Assembly: GCA_963760795.1 (NCBI GenBank)
Contig: CAVXEP010000004.1
Location: 32,001-96,000 of the forward strand
Direction: 5' to 3'
Origin: an uncultured delta proteobacterium
GTDB lineage: Bacteria > Desulfobacterota > Binatia > UBA9968
Length of the DNA stretch: 64,000 nucleotides
Part shown: in pieces, positions 62,253-64,000 of the stretch
Layout of the letters: each line of letters begins with the position of its first letter
Position numbering within the stretch: the stretch's first letter is position 1
Program-made: the position numbers and the translations under genes
Notes under the pieces: generated by a model
What the model was told of the DNA's origin: nothing
The model's input: only the letters and a program-made list of their open reading frames with translations
Databases searched by the model: none

Positions 62253-63242
62253 CTAACTGCGTAGGTTCGCGCTTTCCAGCGCCTTTGGATTCACGACATT
62301 GATTGGTTTGCCGGCCGCGTAAGCGACGATCTGGTCGAAGATGTCTGAGAATTGAACTTCGTACTCGTCCCGAGTGACATAGCCAATGTGCGGCGTGCAC
62401 ACGACGTTATCCATCGCGAACAACTGATAACTCGTGTCGTGTACCGGTTCTTCTTCATAGACATCGATGGCGGCCATGCCTGGATGCCCGCTTTTCAGAG
62501 CGGCAATCAATGCGCCGGGCTCGACCAGCGGGGCGCGGCTGGTATTGACCAGCAAGGCCGTCGGTTTCATTCGCGCAAGGTCTTCTGCGCTCACAATGCC
62601 GCGCGTGCCTTCGACCAGGCGCATGTGGAGCGAAATTACGTCGCACCCCGAAAAGAATGACTCCTTACTGGGCGCTACGGCATAGCCGTCGCTTTGCGCC
62701 CGCTTAAGCGAGGCCTCGCGCGCCCACACCAATACGTTCATCCCAAACGCCTTGCCGTAACCCGCGACGGCGCTGCCGATCCTGCCGTAGCCGTAGATTC
62801 CCAGTGTCTTGCCGTGCAGGCTGTTGCCGACGCCAATCTGCCACTTTCCCGCCTTCAGGGCGGATATCTGCTGCGGCAGCTGGCGCATCGCCGCAAGCAC
62901 CAGCGCCCATGTAAGTTCCGCGGCGGCATACGACGGCGTGCCCGGATGCTGGCTCGAGGAAACTATGACGCCGAGCCGCGTGCAAGCCTCGATGTCGATG
63001 TGCGGATAGACGCTGCGCTGACTGATGAGCCTGAGCTTGTCCAGTCGATGCAGCAGCGGCGCGCGAATCTCGGTTCGCTCGCGTATCAGCACCAGCACTT
63101 CGGTATCCCGTAATCGTTCGGCCAGCGCATCGACATCCTGGACGTGATCGTTCCAGATTTTGATTTCGTGGCCTGACAATTTTTTGAAGCAGTCGAGCGT
63201 GCGAAGCGTGTCGTGATAGTCGTCAAGAATGGAGATCTTCAT
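62253..63242 (-). CDS. D-2-hydroxyacid dehydrogenase family protein
   Basis: ILDDY, RERT, GYGRIG, VNTSRA, TPHIGY. Confidence 0.93.
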   Translation of the reverse strand: MKISILDDYHDTLRTLDCFKKLSGHEIKIWNDHVQDVDALAERLRDTEVLVLIRERTEIRAPLLHRLDKLRLISQRSVYPHIDIEACTRLGVIVSSSQHPGTPSYAAAELTWALVLAAMRQLPQQISALKAGKWQIGVGNSLHGKTLGIYGYGRIGSAVAGYGKAFGMNVLVWAREASLKRAQSDGYAVAPSKESFFSGCDVISLHMRLVEGTRGIVSAEDLARMKPTALLVNTSRAPLVEPGALIAALKSGHPGMAAIDVYEEEPVHDTSYQLFAMDNVVCTPHIGYVTRDEYEVQFSDIFDQIVAYAAGKPINVVNPKALESANLRS

Positions 63243-63497
63243 AGCTTCTGGTGCTCCCGACGTGCAGGATAATATTAGAAAAAACTAGCCCTTCAAACTT
63301 ATATTTCATGTCCATCTTATAGGAACATGTTGAAGTAAAAGTTTGACCCTAAGGTCGGTCGAAAATGTGCTACGAAGACACGACATTAGCACAGGACCAA
63401 CTACTGGCGGTGCCCGACGGCCCAAGCCGATACGCGGCCACAACTCGGTCGTCGTGTTTGCGTTGCCGTCGTGGTTGCTGAAAAAATAATATCCGAA

Positions 63498-63525
63498 CAT
63501 GCTTCGACGAGCTCAGCATGACCGG
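63498..63525. repeat. Half CTTCGAC..GCTCAG repeat
   Basis: catgcttcgacgagctcagcatgaccgg, matches 58225-58252. Confidence 0.7.
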
Positions 63526-63671
63526 AAATTTCTCGTCGATTTAGAATGTTATTGACTGACTCGATGGACAAACTGTCAGACCGTCGCGTTCACAGGAAGA
63601 ATTTCAGCGCCTGACAGCCTTTTGTCCACTTAGGCAAAACCAGTCCCTTACTCCCTCTAGTGAATTCTCGA

Positions 63672-63983
63672 TCACGCTAACCAACACCGCTTTAGGCAAA
63701 CGCCGACTTCGACCTCGCGCACTTCCATCTTGGCGACGTTACCGCCGAGTTTCACTCCGGCGGCGGCCACTGCGGCTTGGAACTCCTTGCCCTTGGCTTC
63801 CATCTCCGCCTTGTCTTTGTAGTTGCGCACCCAGATGAATTCGTTCTGCGGCCGGTTCACCCAGCTACCGACGATGGGCACGCCGATCTTTTGGTGCAGC
63901 GTGATGATGTCATCCTTGAAGTGCTTGAGGAAATTGTCCATCTCGCCTTTGTTGATCGTGTATATGCGAATCTGCGATATCAT
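63672..63983 (-). CDS. NIPSNAP family protein
   Basis: QIRIYTI..G.M..F, G.W, F.W.R.Y; GGAGG RBS; last codons may be frameshifted. Confidence 0.8.
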   Translation of the reverse strand: MISQIRIYTINKGEMDNFLKHFKDDIITLHQKIGVPIVGSWVNRPQNEFIWVRNYKDKAEMEAKGKEFQAAVAAAGVKLGGNVAKMEVREVEVGVCLKRCWLA

Positions 63984-64000
63984 TTTGCGTTCCTCCAATT

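Overview
GC-rich bacterial chromosomal segment. The gene content and repeat style resemble Candidatus Binatia/deltaproteobacteria-like soil genomes (inference, not established here). It is a catabolic/transport region with about 16 secreted ABC substrate-binding proteins but no ABC permease, ATPase or transcription factor. It also holds prpC-prpD-prpB with divergent acuI, class I fumarase, a hydantoinase/oxoprolinase A/B pair, three Rieske oxygenase subunits, three family III CoA-transferases, three MFS transporters and a molybdopterin oxidoreductase. Many genes carry single-base frameshifts, most likely long-read errors. No rRNA, tRNA, CRISPR array or transposase was recognised. The most notable signals are non-coding or missed by the ORF track: (1) a ~200 nt element inserted twice at the same CT dinucleotide of a palindromic repeat, as IS110-type elements do; (2) a tandem PF04392 SBP array headed by an orphan 3' gene end and a sigma54-like promoter; (3) a 57 nt REP doublet sitting in frame inside the molybdopterin oxidoreductase; (4) a UxxC selenoprotein with a SECIS-like hairpin; (5) at least seven palindromic or short-tandem repeat families, often nested, in most intergenic gaps.
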